The position numbers and the translations under genes are program-made. 64,000 nt of DNA from Chrysemys picta bellii (lineage: Eukaryota): contig NC_088793.1 in the NCBI RefSeq assembly GCF_011386835.1, forward strand, positions 41,044,001-41,108,000, given 5' to 3'. The first letter of the stretch is position 1. The number at the start of each line of letters is the position of its first letter. Below, in pieces: positions 59,540-64,000 of this stretch. Under the pieces are notes generated by a model, which saw nothing but the letters and a program-made list of their open reading frames with translations, made no database searches and was not told where the DNA came from.

Positions 59540-59960
59540 ATATTATGCATTAATTTTCTCTGGATGTATTAGCTTGCATTTTTCCATGTTGAATTACTGT
59601 TCATGTTTTGCCCATGTTTCTGATGTCTCTAGATATCTTTGTATTATTTCTCAGTCTGGTGTTTGCAACTTCTCCCAGTTTAGTATCATGTACAGATTTA
59701 GCTAATATGCCATATATTGCCTCTTCCAAATAATTAAAGGGGATATTTAAGACAAGGTCTAGCACAGATCCCTGAAGTAGCCAACTGTACACTTCAATCA
59801 ACTTGATGCCACAGGATTATGGCTAGATGCCATTTATAATTAACTTTTATGTACTGTTCTTTAACCAATTTTGAGTCCAGATAAGTGTTCCTATCCAGGT
59901 GTACTTGAATTAATCTTTCAATTAAGATTTCATAATTTATAGTATCAAATGCTTAACTAC
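59540..59960 (-). mobile_element. Old CR1 RT fragment
   Basis: ORF 59601-59801: LLQGSVLDLVL..AKSVHDTKLGEVAN (QGSVLG and FADDTKL equivalents). Confidence 0.75.
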
Positions 59961-61314
59961 AGTACATTAAACAGAAATTAAATTGAATAACATAGCTAGC
60001 CCTACTATTTTTACCCTCAAAAATTGGAAGTTCAGTTCAGGTTTTGGGCAAGGTAAAGTTTTATTTTATCTGAACTATTTCATCCTACTGTGTATTATAA
60101 TAGGATTCTTCTACAGAGACATAGCATGGAGTTTTCAGAAAGGGAGAGTGAAGGAAGCAGACAGCAAAGTTGGGACATCAATTGAGACTCATTATAAAAC
60201 TATCAGCAATTGCTACAGGATGACTATAAATTAGATATGTACTGAGAGAAAATACAGAGAGACTTATCAGTGTCTTCAGAAAAAAAGAGAAAATGTTGCA
60301 GATCATTTCTAAATATTTGAATTGAATTTTAAAACAAAATAATTCCCCCAGCCTGCTTTACAGCATGTCTCAAAATGAGAAAGGTACACTCCAAAACTGC
60401 AGACCATCTCTTGTATTTTGTTCTAGTAGTAGCATCGTTTGCATTCATAGTCCTGAATGCAGCAAAGGCTTCCGCACTAAATTTTCAATAAAGTTGAAGC
60501 AGTTCAATGAAATATATTAGTATATTAGGGGCACACAGAAAGCCAGGGGAAGGGAGATATTGCCAGCAGCACTGTGGTGGGATGAGGCCAGAGTCATAGA
60601 TCCACAAGCAAGAGGGATAAAAGAAGCCTGTATGTTACCTTATCTTCACAATTAGTATAAAGTACAGTGTAAAAGATAACAGTGTATGTTATGTATACTT
60701 TGAGTCTTTATCTGCACAAATTGGCCAGTGATACCAATGTGTCACAGATCTATTACTGGCAAGTCTTTTGATAATCCTCATTCTGCCCCATCTTTCAAAT
60801 AATTCATTATGAACAGTTATATGATGCCAGTCTAAGAACCAGAGGCAATTACTGTGAGCTCTGAATCTTCTATCCAAAAATTTGGTTAGATTAACACCTA
60901 AAACATCAAAAATCATTTAAACAAAGGCTTCTGACAAAATCTAAACAATATTGGAATTTTTTAACATAAAAGATCACCTTGGCTCAAATGCATCTATTTA
61001 TTTATTTGTTTGTGTTTTCATAGATTGCCATGCTCAAGGGCACTGTTGGATTGTCTAGTCCGACCTCCTGTTTAACACAAGCCTTAGAACTTCCTCAGAA
61101 TAATTCCTGTTTCAGACTGGAAATAAGGCGTCACTTTTTAATGGGGGAGATTAATTAACCATTGGAACAATTTACCAAGGGTTGTGGTGAATTTTCCATC
61201 TCTGACCATTTTTAAATCAAGATTGTATGTTTTTTCTAAAAGATAAGCTCTAGGAATTATTTTGGGGAAATTCTGTGGCCTGTGCTATACAGGTCAGACT
61301 ACATGATCACAATG

Positions 61315-62098
61315 GTTCTTCTTTGAGTGCTTGCTCATGTCCAATCCATATTAGGTGTATGTGCTCGCTACATGCACCGGTGCCAGAAATTTTTCCCTCA
61401 GCAGTATCCTTAAGGGACTGGCTCTGGCGCCCTCTGGAGCAGCACGCACATGTCGTGGTATAAGGGGCGCCTCCGGCTTCCCCCAACTCTCAGTTCCTTC
61501 TTGCCACCAGTGACGGTGCTGGAACGTCTGCTGCTTTGGCTAACATTGTTTTGTTCGCCATTCTTGTGAACTTTATAAAACCTGTAATATAGTTGTATAT
61601 AGTTAGTAGTTGAATTAGTTACCCTTAGTAGTCGTTCTTAAAGGCATTGTTAGTCCCAAACGGGACTCAGCCGGGGGATGGGGCATGCCCCAGTCCCCAG
61701 GCTAAAACCCTGCAATCGTTGCAAACGGCCTATGCCCATGAGTGATCCACATAGTAGCTGCCTAAGGTGCTTCGGCGAAGGGTACATAAGCAACAGGTGT
61801 CATATTTGTAAGTCCTTCAAACCCAGGATGAAAAAGGAGAGGGACAACTGCCTTAAAGCGCTCCTGATGGAGTCGGCACTCACTCCGGCACTGGAGCAAC
61901 AGTCTGACTAGGCACTGAGCACCACAGCGTCAGTGTGCAGTGCTCAGCCGGGACTGTCCACGAGCTGGCACCAATCCCCCTCCATGGCTCTGGCCAAGAA
62001 GCGGAAGAATACAGTGAGGGGAAGATCTCTTACTTCTCGCAAGAGAAAGGAGAGGGCTGGTGGCGAGCCAAGACCAGCGCCGGGCAGCTCAACACCTC
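61315..62098 (+). mobile_element. 5' fragment of a DIRS1-like tyrosine-recombinase retrotransposon (terminal repeat and start of ORF1/gag)
   Basis: Starts GTTCTTCTTTGAGTGCTTGCTCATG immediately after a CR1 tail; ORF 61678-61911 KPCNRCKRPMPMSDPHSSCLRCFGEG..CHICKSFKPRMKKERD matches the vertebrate DIRS gag N-terminal Cys-rich pattern (recalled). Confidence 0.82.
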
Positions 62099-63696
62099 CT
62101 TCTTTAATTTTTTTAAAGATTTGAAACAGAAATCATGACTTTAGGTGGAGAATAAGTAGTATTTGAGTTAGTCTCTAGCACTAAAAGAAATGAGGAAAAT
62201 ATATGACAAGGAAAGCTGTGTGAAACTCAGAGTTTTTGGTACACACGTCTCTGTGCAAATATTTTCTTTGTGCTGATTAAAATGAGTTTTGACTTTCAGG
62301 CTTATGTGAACCAAATACATGGTTCTTGGTTGCATGGGATTCTATGTATCTGCATAGACCTTACTGAAGGTGGTCTCCTGCTCATTCACAGTGCCTTCCA
62401 GTCTTTCCTTTCTTTTACAGTTAAAAATAAGCTGAATCTTGTGGATTTTTTTCTTCCATTGGTATAGGACCTTATATTAACCTAAAGAACTCCTAATTTA
62501 AAAAGTGAACTGTTGGGATAGTATATGCATTAAAATAGTCTAATTAAAATAGAGAGTTTTTGTAATATAATTAGCCATTATTTCATCTGCAAGCTTCAAT
62601 GTATTAGATCCAAAAGTCTCAATGATCTAGACATCCTATGCTGAATGTAGCACTGTAGCACCATCTTGTGTAAGCTGGAAATTTGATGTTTCAAGAAATG
62701 CATCCCTGTTTCAAAGGTTTTCAAGTATTAAGAAATCTTCATTTTTCCACTATAAAATGAACAGTGTTAACTTTGACAGTAAACTTTAGAATATTTTATT
62801 ACAATTGAGTCTGAAATATAAAACATATGTTCGCAACTGTAGTATATCAGTGTTTTATGTCTATATCATATTGAGCAAATTAATATACAGTGCAGTAGAT
62901 AGTCCAACCATATTCTGTCCAATGGAAATGAAGAGGAAAAACAAGTTTAAGATTTTTCCTATTTTACCTCACAGTTTACATCATCATATATAGCACTTCT
63001 TAAAATGCACAGAACTTAAAAATGGTTCAACACAATGTTTAGGCAAGAGTTGTAGGTAATCTTGATGATATACATTTGAATTATTTCAGTTTTGTGCTGT
63101 TAAAACAAGTGAGGACAGAGAAGTAAGGCAAAGAGCGAGATTAGAGACTTATCAAAAAATAAAATGAAATTAAGAACTAGGAAAATGCAAGCTCAGGGGA
63201 AATCAATTATTTAAGAATAATTCTGCATTAAATGTATGGGAGAGAGTTAGAAAGTAATAAAGCTGCAAAAGGCTTGGGAGAGATAGCAGATAACAAATAG
63301 TCTGAGTTTGCAATGCAGTATGGGTAATAATCCAAATGCAGTAGTACTTTGGGGATTTGAGTGTGGGGAAGAATGCCCATATAGAGACGTTTAAAAAAAA
63401 GTGCAGGGGGTGAAAGGCATATCTTGCCTTCACTCTCTGGAGGAAAGGATAAATGGAGTTATAACTAATGGAAGCTACAGATTCCCCACAAACATGCATT
63501 CATTACTCTCTCCCTCTGCCCCCTGGATTGCTCAGGTGTCTTGAACTAGAGCTGAGGCAGCAGTGGCAAAACACCACGCTTCCAGGTATCCATGAGATAC
63601 TTCTGCCTCAGGTCCCAGGCACACTAGAAACACTAAAGGAGATAGAATTTTGTCTGTATTATTTGAAGTACTGGTATGGATGAGTCTAGGCCTTCC

Positions 63697-63942
63697 CGGG
63701 CTGGCTCCAGCTTTTTTGCCGCCCCAAGCGGCAAAGAAAAAAAAAAAAAGATAAAGCCGCGATCGACGGCACTTCGGCGGCAGTTCTACCGCGCCACTTC
63801 ATTCTTTGGTGGCAATTCGGCAGCCGGTCCTTCCCTCTGAGAGGGACTGAAAGACCCGCCGCCAAAGACCTGGATGTGCCGCCCCTTTCCATTGGCCGCC
63901 CCAAGCACCTGCTTCCTGTGCTGGTGCCTGGAGCCGGCCCTG
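63697..63942. mobile_element. GC-rich hAT MITE
   Basis: Ends GGAGCCGGCCCTG; 7/8 TSD GGCCTTCC / GGCCTGCC; same family as 16138-16667. Confidence 0.88.
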
Positions 63943-64000
63943 GGCCTGCCCAAAATTAAATGCCCTGCCTCTCAGCTAAGGGAGAGGAACCACTAAGTCC

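Overview
Vertebrate genomic DNA, most likely a turtle: it carries a tortoise-type tRNA/CR1-tail Pol III SINE and hAT/Harbinger MITE families I recall from turtles. The only host gene I can support is SH3YL1 on the + strand. Eight GT-AG coding exons (orthologous to human exons 2-9, 14454-39741) splice in frame and encode the SYLF/Ysc84 domain plus the Pro-rich linker (275 codons when the upstream A is included). The start codon appears split (A|TG), with exon 1 upstream of the window or unidentified. The terminal SH3 exon was not found in the remaining 24 kb. Much of the rest is decayed, often nested transposable elements: a Gmr1-type Gypsy (PR-IN-RT-RH order), an ancient Mag-like Gypsy with both LTRs, a full-length Chapaev3 (CMC) DNA transposon inside a CR1, a long L2 with a relic 2A-like peptide, RTE, DIRS, Harbinger and hAT remnants, solo LTRs and many MITEs. 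The most striking structure is a perfect 182-bp Penelope-derived palindrome just downstream of exon 8 that carries a minimal hammerhead-ribozyme motif on each strand. All calls are by eye from the sequence and ORF track, no database searches were run, literature is cited from memory, and TE boundaries without a stated TSD are approximate.
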